Source of the DNA: Botryllus schlosseri
Lineage: Eukaryota
DNA length: 64,000 nucleotides
Assembly: GCA_051294905.1 (NCBI GenBank)
Contig: CM119375.1
Span: forward strand, 310,001-374,000
Direction: 5' to 3'
This document shows positions 35,901-49,600 of this stretch, piece after piece. Below the pieces are notes generated by a model. The model saw nothing but the letters and a program-made list of their open reading frames with translations. It was not told the DNA's origin and searched no databases. Both the position numbers and the translations under genes were made by a program. Position 1 is the first letter of the stretch. The number at the start of each line of letters is the position of its first letter.

Positions 35901-37688
35901 CTTTTATCATACTTTTTATGCCTCTTTAAAATTGTGGACCAATTCTATATAAATCAATGCCTGATTCAACAGTGGAAATGATCATACTGTTTTCATGGTT
36001 GTGGTTGGTATAAATTATGGTTATTTCAATTTCTTAAGAGGATAACAATTCAATTTTCTTGTTAAATATTTTAAACTACCAGTACTGAATGCGAAGTGTG
36101 TTAATTGAGAATTGTGTAACAAATTTGACCCAATAATATTATATTAATAATAGTAGGCCTATACTTATATAGGCCTATTATAGCTAAAAACGTGTTCGAC
36201 AATAATTTTGGTAATCCATATCATCGCCACCAAACAATCTGAAAAATTGCAGCGTTATCAAGAAATTTAAGTATGACTCATTCAACCAATTTGGAAACCA
36301 GGATGACATCACATAGCAACTACATCAAAAGTATATGCCTACTTATGGGATGATGCAAGAAAGATTGATTACTCATAGAATCTATATTTGATTACCAAGC
36401 CTACTCTACAAAAGACTATTCTTACTTAACACAGAGTAAAGATTTTCACTAGATTCATACATCATCACAAAAAGGGCTTCAAATATTGTCACACAACAGA
36501 AATAAGGTCTGCGACATTAGAGCTGTTAAAAATAGCTGATTTTACAAATTCAACTGGCAGCGGAATTGATAAAATTGTTGGTTTGGCTAATAAGAACGAT
36601 ACATGCCAAATTTCACACAATTTCCACCCGTAGAAGCAAAGTTAACGGAGTAGAAAATATTAAAAATGGTATTTACGGCAAGAAATTCTATGATTATTAA
36701 TTATAGAATCACCCACCGTAAATAGGCCAACTATTTTTTCAAATATAAAATTTTCAATCCGATAACTGCGCTTCTACAAATTGAAATTGAGCTAAATTTG
36801 TTGTGCATCGTATATTCAGACAACGTAACAATTTCACGAGGTTACCAGTAAAATTTGAAAATTAATTTTTTATAGGCCTAATCTAAAATTTTTCACTCTT
36901 ATAACATAGCTTCTATAGGTTGGAAGTGAGCTAAATTCCATACATTCCAACATTTTTTTCAGACAAAATTTGAATAAAAAAAGGTATTTTTGAACTGCAA
37001 CATGTTCCGAAATAGGTATATATATTGTGGATTGAGCAATAAAGGACCCAGGATTTTAGGAATAGAATGAGGTGGTGGTTTAGTGCAGACTAGTGAGAAC
37101 TAAATGCCGGTAATCTAATTCTATCTAATTTTTGGTTTTCGTTAAAATGCTACAGGAGAACTGTATCGTGCGAAACGAGCCAAGCTTGCTGTACAGACAT
37201 TTGCTATTCTCTTACCTATGAGAGTGAACTGTGTAGCTATAATTCTAATAGGTCTACTAATCCAATATTAAAATGCTGAAAATTTTCGAATTTTCCAACT
37301 CTGGTCTAGTGTCAGCCGCTGTCTGAAACGAATCAAGTTTAATTACGAGAAAAATGTATCAAATAATAACCAACTCACAATCGCTATGACGACTGGAAAT
37401 CCGAACAAGAACAGAGTCAATGACGGTATTGAGCTCGGTCGGAAAGGGTAACGAATGCTATTATCGGAACAGTAAAACCCTCGGAAATTTGGGTGAACAA
37501 TGTCCGTTAAGTTGAAGATTATCACAGCAACATTTACTGAAATATCAAATAATCAGATTTATTATAACAAAAAGACAACAAATATGAAAGCAGCAAAACT
37601 TACAACATATGAAAAAGAAGATATCGAGTCCTAATTTGCGAAGAGTTCCCTTGAAATTTCCACTCCGCCGGTTTATGAGTAATCCCAT
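32921..37688 (-). CDS. PLPP: Phospholipid phosphatase (PAP2/PLPP, wunen-like), about 271 aa; exons 37604-37688, 37379-37536, 34560-34653, 33922-34138, 33234-33291, 32997-33173, 32921-32947
   Basis: RGFYCSDNSIRYP; PAP2 catalytic motifs KLTVGRLRP (C1), KSFPSGHSS (C2), TRYIDNKHHATD (C3); GT-AG introns with consistent phases. The last exon is the least certain. Confidence 0.9.
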
Positions 37689-38559
37689 AGCCGGTTAGAC
37701 GCCAATTTTGATTAATACATGCTGTTAAAAAAACATTTAAAAAAAAACATTTTCAATGAACATACGAATTCGGACTTTACCACTGATTTCAATACGGAAT
37801 CTGCTTTTTGAATAATAATTACAGTCATAAAACACCCGAATATTATCGGTCAACTCTCGTCGTCGTCAGGAACAGCAACTATAGTATGGTAGAGAATTGG
37901 AAAGAACACTACCAGCAATCGTATCACCAAATATGACGTCAAACGCATGCAATTTTGAATTATTATCGACACGATCAGATAGCGATGTAAGCCTACTATT
38001 TTTAGTCGATCAACGAACTGTTGGCACAACCCACTGAGCGTCTGAGCTACTATAGATTAATAACCGTAGCTACCGACCGAGACAAAATAACTGAAACGTA
38101 AACAGTGCACCGTGGAACAAGGCAGGCACAACTCGCAAATCCTACTTTCTCTGAGTGATATTGCTCTTGGACTTGGACGTCAACAATTTTCGAAATTCTT
38201 CTTTAAATTTTTTTCAATAATGATGTAATTTCGTCAAGCATATTTCTGCAACGTGCAGTTCCGATTAAATTTGAAATTTTTTTTGACCCGGTTGCATTTT
38301 ATTATCTTGTAATGTTTGCTATTGGCATGCACGTTTTCATCTTGCAAGAAGACTGGTGTCAATGAAAATGTCACCACCAGACTGCTAACGTAATCTGATC
38401 ACTAAGAGCGACCGGAGTTAACAGAGGAGATGGGCGCTACATGTACAGGCGGCCCGAGTTCAATTACCGCCGTCGGACGCTTGCAATGATATGTATTTAT
38501 ATCATTGGACGCTTGTGATCGCAACTGGTCGTTTCGGCATCCTCCTATTCTTTCTAATT

Positions 38560-39140
38560 CAATTTATTGTCAACAATTTCATCATTTCAATACACCACAA
38601 TACTGGGAGATGTGAAGGTGTCGTAACGACTTGGAAATCAGACACTCACCTGGGCTGGACGATGTAAAAAGGAGGCATGCACAATTACACACTGAATGAC
38701 AAGTAAAATAAGAAAATATAAAAGGACAGGCGACAAAAAGATGTGGCATGTGTCGGAAGGCGAGATCGATATGTCAGATCGTGGTCCGGTGAACTAGAGG
38801 GCTTTTGTGTCTTGTGTATCGCATTGTACGCTGTGTGTCTTGATCGGATGAAAATACAATCTGATGGATCGTTGCTGCATCATCATCATTATTGGTTTAT
38901 TAGCAATTTTATCACCTCAATACACCACAAAAATGCGATACCATGAAAGATAGGAAGGTGTCGAAGCGACTTGGGGTAGTCTGTAAAATCGGACACCCAC
39001 CTTGGCCTAGGCAATGTAAAGAGGAGGCATGCACACTGAATGAAAAGTAAAGAAGATAGTATAGAAAAAAGCAAGCGACAAAAATAGGGTGGCATGTCAT
39101 TGACGGCGAGATCGATGCAGTCGTGGTCCGGTAATCTTGA
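38560..39140 (-). mobile_element. Two tandem 5'-truncated CR1/L2-group 3' UTR copies
   Basis: 38560-38780 and 38880-39140 both match the reverse complement of 53690-53940; CATCATCAT tail at 38880. Confidence 0.8.
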
Positions 39141-39409
39141 GAATACATCTGCTTTGTTGGCATGAACGTTTTCTACTGCTCTGCGATAAGTCTTGCATAC
39201 GAGTGTACGAAGGAATATAATTTGATAAGTGGCATTTGACACAGACGAATAAGATATGGATGACAACGATGTTTAGATATTCTGGTTCAATTTACAACCT
39301 TTGAATGAATCCATATCTAGTGATATATTCAAGATTTAGCGACATCTACCGATTTCCAAAAAAGCGATTTTCGAGTTTCCGGAGTTAGCATTTGGCAACA
39401 CAGAAAAAC

Positions 39410-39455
39410 TATAGAGACTGTAGAGACTATAGAGACTGTATCCTACAGTCTCTAT
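39410..39455. mobile_element. 46-bp palindromic micro-insertion
   Basis: TATAGAGACTGTA..TACAGTCTCTAT flanked by AGAAAAAC on both sides. Confidence 0.65.
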
Positions 39456-39499
39456 AGAAAAACGCAGTGGTGTCCTGTGGGAGGGTTTTCGTTGCCGCT

Positions 39500-39558
39500 G
39501 AGCGGGTTTAACTATAGATAAGTAAGGTTTACCATAGTTATCTATAGTTTAACCCCTG
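39500..39558. mobile_element. About 59-bp hairpin micro-insertion
   Basis: GGGTTTAACTATAGATAA / TTATCTATAGTTTAACCCC arms; imperfect TSD TGCCGCTG / TTGCGCTG. Confidence 0.55.
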
Positions 39559-40770
39559 TTGCGCTGAGCAGTGCAGAAATTATTGCTGTATACAGGAAAT
39601 TCGAATGAAATGAGCGCCTATGCAGTATGATTAGTGGGCAATGGTGGGAAGACGTTACAAGGCCGTGACATATGATGCCACTACATTTCCATTGGTGTCA
39701 CACGTTTATAATGTTTGAACTAATATGAATACTAAGATGACGAAAAACCCAAGTTATTGTAATGTTATCTTTGAGTGATTTAGGCCTTAGCGGTACCAGT
39801 ACTCTATTTCTAGTAAAGATCTACTCAAATCTTCATTGATGTCATAGGCCAATAGTTTCCAACTACATGTTTCGATTCACTTATATATGAAACAAGTAAC
39901 TATATATACACAGAGTATGTAAAAGAAAGTTTCAAAATATGAGATTCAAACGATAAAAAAAATAGCGCAGTTATATTTTCATCAGCTGTTTTTTCATTAA
40001 TACGTCCATGCAGACATTCAACAACATGTTTTTCAATTCGGTTGGAATCTTTCCGCAGAGTTTTTGTGTACGAGTGTAATCAATATTGCTTGTAATTCCA
40101 CAATATGGGAGTGCATATGTGACGATTGTTCGAGGATTATAAAAATATTTCGTATACTGCAATAGTAAATAAAGTGTTGTTGATGTTTGTGACTGATCGC
40201 AGAATTTGAATGAATTCGAACTCGAGTTCATATATTCATAATTGCATGCTCGAAATATGCGGATGGTAACTGCCAATTGGCATGCTCGCGTACAAATGTT
40301 TTGCGACTATGGCTACTCTTAGTGCTCATTTCAATAAATTTAGGGGACTGCGATCTGCATGAATAATGAATATGATGTGGTCTCAAACCATATTATCGTC
40401 ACTCGTCAATGTCATCTGCATCTAAAAGATTTCCCTGGGGTTGTATATATAATGACTGAGTATGCTTGTACTCGAGTCACTGCGCATGACTCGACCAAGT
40501 CATTGGTGATGTATCATATCGTTAAGACAAGTACCGTATTTCAATGCAACTTCGAAGAATACTGAAGTTGCCGTATTACTGGTATCTCTTCTATTATTAC
40601 CGGTAATTTGACAAACAGGGCCAGAGACCTACTATTATATATTAGTATAAATATATGTTAAGACTAGAGTCACAGAAATAATACATTCGATATCACCCAA
40701 AAAAAAGTTAGAAAAAAAAGTAAGCCGGACATGACTTGAACTAGTGACTGAACTATGACTTGGACTAGAA

Positions 40771-41482
40771 CAGGGGAGTCAAACTCAACTTGCGTCATGG
40801 GCTGGATTCAAACCTTCGGATTGGTCGCTGGCCGGATCAAAATGTTACCTCAAAATCATGTCCTTGTTTTTCATTGAATACTTCATTATCAAGCATTTAG
40901 TAGTATATTTCATTATATTACTGACTATAGACGTTCAATTCTAGCAACACCTTCATTCGCAAACCACAGAATTGCAAAAAATACTGCGATTGGTCATTTG
41001 AATACCGTTGTATATTATTAAATCGTTATTCGGGTTTCTAAGGAAGTCGGGGACATTTCGATGGAAGTGATACAGCAGTACGACCACACATCTGAATTAT
41101 ACTTCTGTGTAATCATTACATTCTCTATATGAATCCTGCATATAACGGTTTCTTATTATCGTTTTCGCTTCTGGGAATAACTGGTTTTTCGGTCCCTTTG
41201 TCTATAGCACTCTGACCTCAGTGCGTGCACTTTTTTGCCTTCTCGGAATTGGGTGTCAATGTCAGCGACTTGTGCCTAATAGCGACTAAAATCAAACTGC
41301 AAGATCGCTGACTGATGGTTATAATGTGGCCTATGAATATTCTCTGAAGCTGCTGTCTTGAGGGACTATTTAATGGAAGAATTTCTAGGCATTTGTTACA
41401 AATGTTCTGGATAATATAGGCTTACATTTTTAATATACTCCAAATAGCTTCGCGGGCCCGATGAAATCATACGTCACCCCTG
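40771..41482. mobile_element. hAT-Charlie-type MITE
   Basis: CAGGGGAGTCAAAC..GTCACCCCTG; TSD GACTAGAA / GACTAGGA. Confidence 0.75.
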
Positions 41483-42547
41483 GACTAGGACTCTATATAA
41501 TGTAGATGTCATAAGTTTTGCAACGGGTTATGATGCGTGAAACGGGATACCACCGAGATAGATGGAGTGGAATAGTCCATTTGTGAAAGTGACTGCTACA
41601 AAAATGTTTTTTCACACATTCAACTGTACTTTGAGACTACATCATATTCAGATCGCAGTGCCCCTTTGAATAGGCAAAGTCAATATATTATCCATACTAT
41701 TGAATTATGTTTATGAAATGAGCTAGGACTATATAAATGAGATCAGTGGATAGGCTATATAGTTCATTTTAAAGCCTATCTAAATTTACAGGTTAATAAT
41801 ATGAAAAAGTACTGGAATAATTCATTATTGTTACAATTTTTATTCACAGAAATTGTAGTTTCTAAATTTTGATACCGACGATTTTGTCTTCTGTTTGTGC
41901 TTGCTAATGATAAGTGTGAAGGCGTTTTCAAATTTGCACTAATAATCGTTCAACCGGTGAGTGCTGCTAGTGCTAGCGTAGGCCGAGTATTGCATGTTCA
42001 CAACATTTTTATAAAGAAAATACAACCAGACTTGTACAAACTAACAATCTAGTTAGTTGATGTTCAACTAACTACGGGTGTTTTGAGTAGTTCTACTTGT
42101 TGTTGCGCAATTTGAAAAGTAACTAGTTAAAGTCGCAGATATTGAAAAGTGAGTAGTTTGAGTTCTAGATGGCGATTTTGAAAAGTGAGTAGTTGTAGAC
42201 TTCTAGTTCTAGTTGCGAATTTTTAAGAGTGAGTAGTTCTAGCTCTAGTCGCATATTTTCAAAACTGAGTAGATCTAGTTTTGGTCGCGGATTTTGAAAA
42301 GTGAGTAGTTGTAGACTTGTAGTTCCAGTTGCGAATTTTTAAGAGTGAGTAGTTCTAGTTTGTCTCGCGGATTTTGAAAAGTGGCTAATTGTAGACTTGT
42401 AGTTCTAGTTGCGGATTTTCAAGAGAGAGTAGTTCTAGTTCTATAGTGGCGGTCTCTGAAAAGTGGGGTCGAAACCCATCCCATTTCAAACATGTTCCGC
42501 TAAAATTAAAATAAATAATTGCTTAATTAGAATCTAATCTAGTTAAG

Positions 42548-42850
42548 GAAAGGACATAGTTTATTTTTGTCCTTGATGTTTTTGCGGCATATACACCGAC
42601 TCATGATAGACACACGCACAATCTGTACATATGCATACCATGAGTGCATGATGTGCATATGCCGCTGGACAAGGAAGGTGCAGATATAGCCTTGTACGGC
42701 TTTCTAAGTCATGCAACACCCCTCCATGCTTACCCAATAATGCATGAGCGCCAAGCAGGGAAGTCATGGATACTAGTGTTACTAATCAGGTCTTTGGTCT
42801 GATCCGGCCGGGGATCGAACCCACGACCTACCCTTAACCATTACGCTATC
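42548..42850 (-). mobile_element. Near full-length tRNA-derived SINE
   Basis: Minus-strand head TAGCGTAATGG (A box) and GGTTCGATCCC (B box), central CTTCCCTGCTTGGCGCTCA, tail AATAAACTATGTCCTTTCC; tail copies at 521-605 and 50400-50500. Confidence 0.8.
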
Positions 42851-43669
42851 TTGTCTGTTAGTTGTCTTGAAGGCCGTTGAGTCTAGTTCTAGTTTTATGT
42901 TTTAAAAAGTGAGTAGTTCTAGTTCTGGTTGCGCTTATTGAAAATCCAGTAGTTCCCACAAGTTTGAATACAATACATGTTAAGCGGACAGATCTGAGAC
43001 TGTGTGGAGCTGATCAAGATTGTTCAAGTCTATTGAGTCATTCGGTCATTCTATAGGTTGCATGCTAATTTCAATGGCAATATCTAGATTGTATTATCAA
43101 CTGCGGTTGTTAGTCACAGTTCGCGGTTCAACTTAGATACTCTCACTTGACACTCTTGTAACAACTGCTAAAATTTGCAGCCGTCGCCGATTTCTAGATT
43201 GTGTGATGCGGAAATTTATTGCAGCATAACTGATTTGTGCAAGCTTCTGAATCGTTATCAACCGGAACTCTTTCTAATAGAATGGCTTTTGCACATCTGA
43301 CTCATCTGCTGCTTCCAAGTGTTTGACTAATCTGAGATCTTGTGACCGTTTCGTCGACCATTGGTCCAGTTCCCGAAGCGAATCTCATCTGATGTTTGCT
43401 AAGCGTTGACTTCTTAATTCAATGAGATTCGCTAACTGGTGCGTGCATGAAAGGTGTGCTTTAAGATATTGGTGGTGTAGAATATTAATTCAGTTGGACC
43501 ACCATTGCTAATTTCTTGATCATTGTGGTTGGCAGTCGCTTTCGTAATTGTGGTTTGGTTTGTTTGACGGAACAATCGTACAACTTTTTGTTCATCTTTG
43601 CAAGTAAGTCTGTTTCTGTAGTTGAAAAATTGTGAACTTCTGAATGCTTGAAATATCTTGCTGCAGGTC

Positions 43670-44197
43670 CAGAATTGTACAAACCACTAATTTAGTTAGT
43701 TGACGGGCAACTACCTACTGTTTTTTAGTACGGTAGTTATAGTTGTAGTTAGCCTGTAATGGCAGATTTCGAAAAGTGAGTAGTTCTAGTTCTAGTTGCG
43801 GATTTTGGAGAGTGAGTAGTTTTAGATCTAGTTAAGGATAGTTCTAGTTAAGGATTTTGGAAAGTGAGTAGTTTTAGTTCTAGTTCTAGTTAAGGATAGT
43901 TCTAGTTGCGGATTTTGGAAACTGAGTAGTTTTAGTTCTAGTTCCAGTTGTGGATTTTGGAAAGTGAGTAGTTTTAGTTCTAGTTGCAGATTTGAGAAAA
44001 AGAATAGTTGCTGATCAGCTAGAAAACATCAGTTTGTTGTGCTTTACTTAATTGTGTATATTCAAAGGTTGTTAGTTCCGGTTCTAGTTGCGAGTTTTGA
44101 AAAGTCAATAGTTCTAGTATAGGCTATGAGTTTTGAAAAGTGAGTAGTTCTAGTTCTATTTGCGCATTCTGGAAATCCAGTCATTTGTACAAGTCTG
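43670..44197. mobile_element. MITE, CAGACTTGTACAAAC TIR family with GAAAAGTGAGTAGTTCTAGTT internal repeats
   Basis: TIRs CAGAATTGTACAAAC / TTTGTACAAGTCTG; other copies at about 5724-5950, 16560-17290, 23050-23520, 42028-42470, 47508-48001 and 49215-49410. Confidence 0.8.
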
Positions 44198-45499
44198 GAC
44201 GAAACAGATTTTGTATTTGTGAGCACACGGTGTTGTGTTTGAGATCCTCATTTACATTGCGCTGTTTTCTGAATGAACATATCGCCACCACTTGCAGATA
44301 TGTGTTCATCAATATTGGCACGACCATCGTCTGCCGTACTGTAAAATGATGTGACGTGTCGTTGATCAATTATTTGGAGCATTTTCAAAGTCATAACGCA
44401 TTCGATTTCATTCCTTGACTAGGCGCCATTCACTGTTCCGTTTGCTCTGCTCGTAGACCAAGGCAAGATTCTGTTTACCAAATTCCAGGCTTCGAATTTC
44501 ATAACTAGATTTGAATAATATACATACTCATATTGAAATAAACCCGAATATTTTTGCTCAGGGGTTATTGTCAGCAAGAGAAGTCAAAAGAGTATTGCAT
44601 ATCAACAATCGTACCACCAATTATGCATCAAATTTCAAATAATCGAGGAAGGCAGATAGCTTAAGTTCAATGTACTTAGTACCTTCACTATTAGTTGCTG
44701 ACGATTTGCCCTGACGAGCATTAGTTGAAAATATTCGGGTTTATTTCAATATGGATATATTATGCAATTGTAGACTATATTGAATTTCTGTACATCCAAG
44801 AGTTCCTTGAACTAGATTTCTGAAAATTTCTCTGGTTCATAACTCGTCAAATAATTTGTAAATAAATAAATTGTAGGCCTAATGATTTTCGCACTTTATG
44901 TAACTGCATCATGATCAGCATTTATTAAAACACTCTCTGAAATTGATATCATTGCTATATGAGAGGAAGTGACTCGCTGCTATTGATGATGTCATTCTAA
45001 AATATATCCTGCAGGAAATATGTCTTTACTAGCGGACCAAACGAGGTTGGCACTGATTTCCTAGAGCTAGTCGAGTGAATTCAGTAGGCTATATAAGGCC
45101 TGTTTAGAGTTAGTAAGCTAAACAGCTGGAAATTTTTTAGCTTTTCGAATTAGATTAGTAGTAGGATTACTACAGGCTGCAGTTTTTATAAATTAGATCG
45201 AAATCAGAATTACTGAATTCACAAAAGAAATGCAAGTTAAGTTCATATCAAATCTTAGCTCATCTTCATAGGTCTCGAACTATTCAGATCTGTATCGTAT
45301 CCAGGACAACCAGAAATTCGACTAGAATGAAATGATGGCATTGAAACGTTTCGCTCTAATTAGTCTAATCATGGTATTACATTGGCAAAAAATTGACGGT
45401 ATTGTTTTGGTTTGTTTACTCGTGTTAATAGCAATTGTGTGGTTTTTATTAACCCACAAAATTGTAGGTTTTCATTATGAGTGTAGAGTGAGGGTTGTA

Positions 45500-45720
45500 G
45501 CACCGTCCGGCTCACCCATTCTAGATGTTGAGATATTTCTGTAAAATTCAAGCAGATCAGTCTTAATATTTTGTCATTCATTGATTCCCGTCTTTGATTG
45601 TGTCCTTTTTTATCAATTATTAAGCGCATAATCAATCATTTCATCCTGCTGTAGCAAATTTACGGAAATGGTTCGACGAGATGAGCCATAAATGGATACA
45701 TGCCTGTAGTTGTGTTTTTC
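45500..45720 (-). pseudogene. Degenerate hAT transposase C-terminal dimerisation-domain remnant
   Basis: Minus-strand YPFMAHLV..P..SRMK*LIMRL..RESMNDKIL.LI resembles the hAT motif YP..LA..P..ER.FS.MK.I..LR; contains stops. Confidence 0.4.
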
Positions 45721-46160
45721 CTTCGGAACAAGCTGCATGCTTTCTGTTGGGTTGAACCAGACTTGGATATCTAGCTATAGCAAAGTGCCAATAATCTGAT
45801 TCTAATCTTATTTGTGAAATATTTCTATGATCTCATTTTAATTTTAGTCTGGTTTTCTTGAAAATGCTGACGCAAAACAAACCAAACTTGGTGTCCAGAC
45901 ATTTTCAATTCTCGTGCTTGAGAGAATCAACTCTGCTATGATGTGAACGAACTAAACCTGATTTTTTGTTAATGTCGGAGTTTACTTCAATTTTCAAGTT
46001 TTTGTCAACTCACAATTCCAATTGTAATCTAAGTAGGATAAAACTGTCGCTATAATTCCACTCCTAATCTACTTTTAAAACGCTGAATATTTTCTACCGT
46101 AGTTGTCTAGCTTTGGATTCAACATGTAAAATATAGAATTGTGTATTATCTTGATACCGT

Positions 46161-46523
46161 ATTGAAATGAACCCGAATATTTTCGGCTGACGCTCGCCAG
46201 GGGTAATCGTCAGCAACTAGTAAAGAATTGAAGAGAACAGTGTAGGTATATCAACAATCGTGTTGCAAAATATGATATCGCATGAAACTCCTTCTGTAGG
46301 CACATACTTGGTTGGCGTATTTTGATAACTGCTTACGGAAGGAGTTCGTGTACCATCCAAAAATAATACATTGAGCTTACGAGCTTTCTTCGTCCCGTTT
46401 ATTCGAAATTTTATCATATTTGGTGATGCGATTGTTGGCATACAATGTTCTTTCCAATTCTCTACTAATTACTGACAATTACACTGACGAGTGTCGGCCA
46501 AAAATATTCGGGTTCATTTCAAT
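46161..46523. mobile_element. Long-palindromic repeat element (ATTGAAATGAACCCGAATAT arms)
   Basis: About 90-bp inverted arms; second two-arm copy at 44532-44750; single arms at about 19680, 19800-19880, 48975-49045, 50515-50570 and 57770-57870. Confidence 0.7.
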
Positions 46524-46644
46524 TTGAATATACTATTCAATTGTATATTGAAGTTCTGTACCTCCGAGAAGCTCTTCAAATTTTTGTTTATTGATTGTCA
46601 CCTTCGCATTGACAGTGGATGTGTTTAGTGGCTGTGCGCCGATC

Positions 46645-49600
46645 ATGTCGAAGAGTAACTTGCATCTGAAGAGCGTCTTCAGCAAGGAGAGAACTTTCCG
46701 GCCAAAGAAGAGATTCGAGCCTGGGACTTCAAAATTCCAGCTTCACAAAAAAGCCCAGGCCAGCTTGCAATCAGGTAGGAAAATTGTACGGAAGGAAACT
46801 GTATTTTACGATCAGAGGTGGCCTGGACTAAATCAAGTACCTTGGTGATTTGATCCAGAATCCAGTATTAGGTTTTGAGTCCAGTGTTTAATTATCGCTC
46901 ACGACGAATTGAATGATGTGGAATGTTCACATGAGTATCTTTTATGCGACCGCAGCGAATCAGCGAATATAATGCCAGTGCTACGTACAGTAAAAGTGAT
47001 TTAGTATTTTGTCGACCAAACCTGTTTCATTGCAGTAGTGACAATGCTGGGGGGTGATTATTTTTCACAGATATGTAATTTTCAATAACGTGCATACTGC
47101 GTTGCTTTGTACTACATGTTCGTATGCTGCAATATCACTAACCGAGGTTTAAAGGATTCCCAGTGGAATATAGTATTGAAACTATATTCGTTTCATATAT
47201 TCACGTTGACAAATTCACTTTGAATGGCCAGGAGCATACAATTTGGAATAATCTGTCTGCTCAACTCGAATCATCGAAATTAATGCTCAATTCAGATCCC
47301 GAGTACTCGAATCATTGTGTCCAAACCTGTTCGTCATCAATCGTTGTCTTTATCTAGGTCTGGACTTGAAGGCGATTGTCAGCCTTCCGGAAGGAGAAGA
47401 CATGAACGATTGGATCGCGGTTCACGTCGTAGACTTTTTCAATCGGATCAACCTCATCTACGGGACTGTGGCGGACTTCTGCACTCCTGATGTGAGTCGC
47501 CTGTGGCCAGACTTGTACAAACTACTGGATTTTCATTGTTCAAAATGCACAACTAAAACTAGAACTATTCACTGCTCATTTTTCGAGACTCGCTACTAGA
47601 ACTAGAACTCTACAACTACTCACTTTTCAAACTTTGCAACTAAAACTAGAACTAGGCCTACACACTTTTCAAAACTGGCTCCAAGAAACTTTCATTTCAA
47701 AAGTCAGAACTAGAACAAGAATTACTCACTTTTTAAAACTCGCTCTTAGAACTCTAGAAGTAGAACTACTCGCATTTCAAAAGTCAGAACTAGAACTAGA
47801 GCTACTCACTTTTCAAAACTCGCTACCAGAACGGGAGCTATTCACTTTGTAAAACTAAAACTTCAACTACTCGCTTTTCAAATTTCCCACTGGATCTACT
47901 CTTATTTCAAAATGTGCAACTGAAATTGGAACTAGAACTAGTCAAAAAACCTGTAGTTCGTTGACCAACGACCAACTGGCTCGGTAGTTTGTACAAGTCT
48001 GCCCGTGACACATTTAGTTGAGATTGTTATGAAACAAAATTTCTTTCCAGTCGTGTCCAGTGATGTCGGGCGGCCCGAAATACGAATATCGCTGGCAAGA
48101 CTCGCATAAGTATGATTTTTTTCTTTGAAATGAAGTAGCCTCAGTTTCAGTTGGTATTCTTTTTTAGATACAAAAAACCAACAATCTTGCCCGCACCCCA
48201 ATACATTCAGCTGCTCATGGCTTGGATTGAGGACCTGATCAACGACGATGCAATATTCCCAACTCGTGTCGGTACGTCAACATACGTGGTGCAATTATTC
48301 TACCCAAGAGGCCACATTTGTAGCAGAAAATAATATGGCAAGCTTAGAAGTTGATACTATATTCTGTGGCGTGTTAATTTCATTTTCACATTGACAGCAG
48401 TGAATAACACATTTGCTGGGCAAAATAAAGTACCCGAGTGATTTAATTTGGAATTGAGTATTAGGCTTCAAATTGAGTATTCCAGTATCCCTCATTATCG
48501 CATAAGAGTGTGAATGATGTTGGAAGTTCAGATACGAACCGATTATACAACTACAAAGAATACAATGCCAGTTCTACTCCTCGTTGAAAATGACATGGTA
48601 TTGTTTTGACCATACCTATTTCGTTGCACTTTGTGACAATGCTGTGATTTGATTTCACAAATATGTCGTATACTACGATACGGCCAATCGAGGTTTCAGG
48701 GCTGCCACCGTGGAAAATACTATTAAAACCATCATTTTTTGACAAATGAACTCTTAATAGCAAGGAGCATATTATTTCGGTACCCGAACCATTATGCGTA
48801 ACCCTGCATTCAATCAAACTGTCTGTCAGGTACCCCGTTCCCAAAGTCGTTCATGAGCACTTGTAAGAAGATTCTAACTCGACTGCACAGAGTCTTCATT
48901 CACGTTTACATTCATCATTTCGAAAGAGTGCAGGTAACGTTGTTAGTATTTTCAATGTACAATTGAACGATCGATTTATATTGAAATAACCCGAATACTG
49001 TAGACTGATGCACGTCAGGGGTAATTGTTAGCGACTAGTAGAGACTGGATATTTTTTTATGATGCTTTTTATCATGCTTTGTGTTATCAGGGGATGGGAG
49101 CAGAGGCGCATGTCAACGCTTGCTACAAACATTATTTTTACTTTGTAACGCGGTACGGTCTTGTCGATAAGAAGGAACTTGAACCATTGGTGAGTCGCAA
49201 CCAGATGTGGTCAGGCTTGTATAAACTGCCAATCTAGCTGATGGTCAACTAACTACTCCGTTTTTGAGTAGTTCTACTTCTAATTACAAATTTTGGGAAG
49301 TGAGTAGTCCTAGCCGTGGATTTTGAAAAGTGAGTAGTTCTAGGTCTAGTGAATTTTGAAGAGTGACTAATTGTAGCTCTAGTAGATTTTGAAAAGTGAG
49401 TAGTTCAGTGGTGTGGCCGGGATGGGTTTTAGAGGGACAGAACCCCTCCCATTTCAAACTTGTACTGATGTTCGTGTGGAAAACCGATCGGATGAATGAG
49501 TTGCTAGGAAATGTAATGAGTTAGTCTTGTTTTGGTTAGTTGCGCATTTTGGATCTGGCACTTTTACTTGAAGTATGTTTGCCTACTTGCACTACTTGTT

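Noticed and set aside
38889-39266. 125-aa ORF as a gene
   Set aside because: Mostly overlaps a LINE 3' UTR copy; no recognisable domain.
39971-40276. 101-aa ORF as a gene
   Set aside because: C-terminus resembles a decayed CR1/L2 ORF2 end (K.W..IP..+K..); likely a LINE fossil.
42805-42850. tRNA gene
   Set aside because: The anticodon arm is missing and the sequence continues into a SINE body and tail.
43000-43660. hAT transposase remnant (NLIELRSQ.. on the minus strand)
   Set aside because: Too many stops and too little motif support to call by eye; needs an HMM search.
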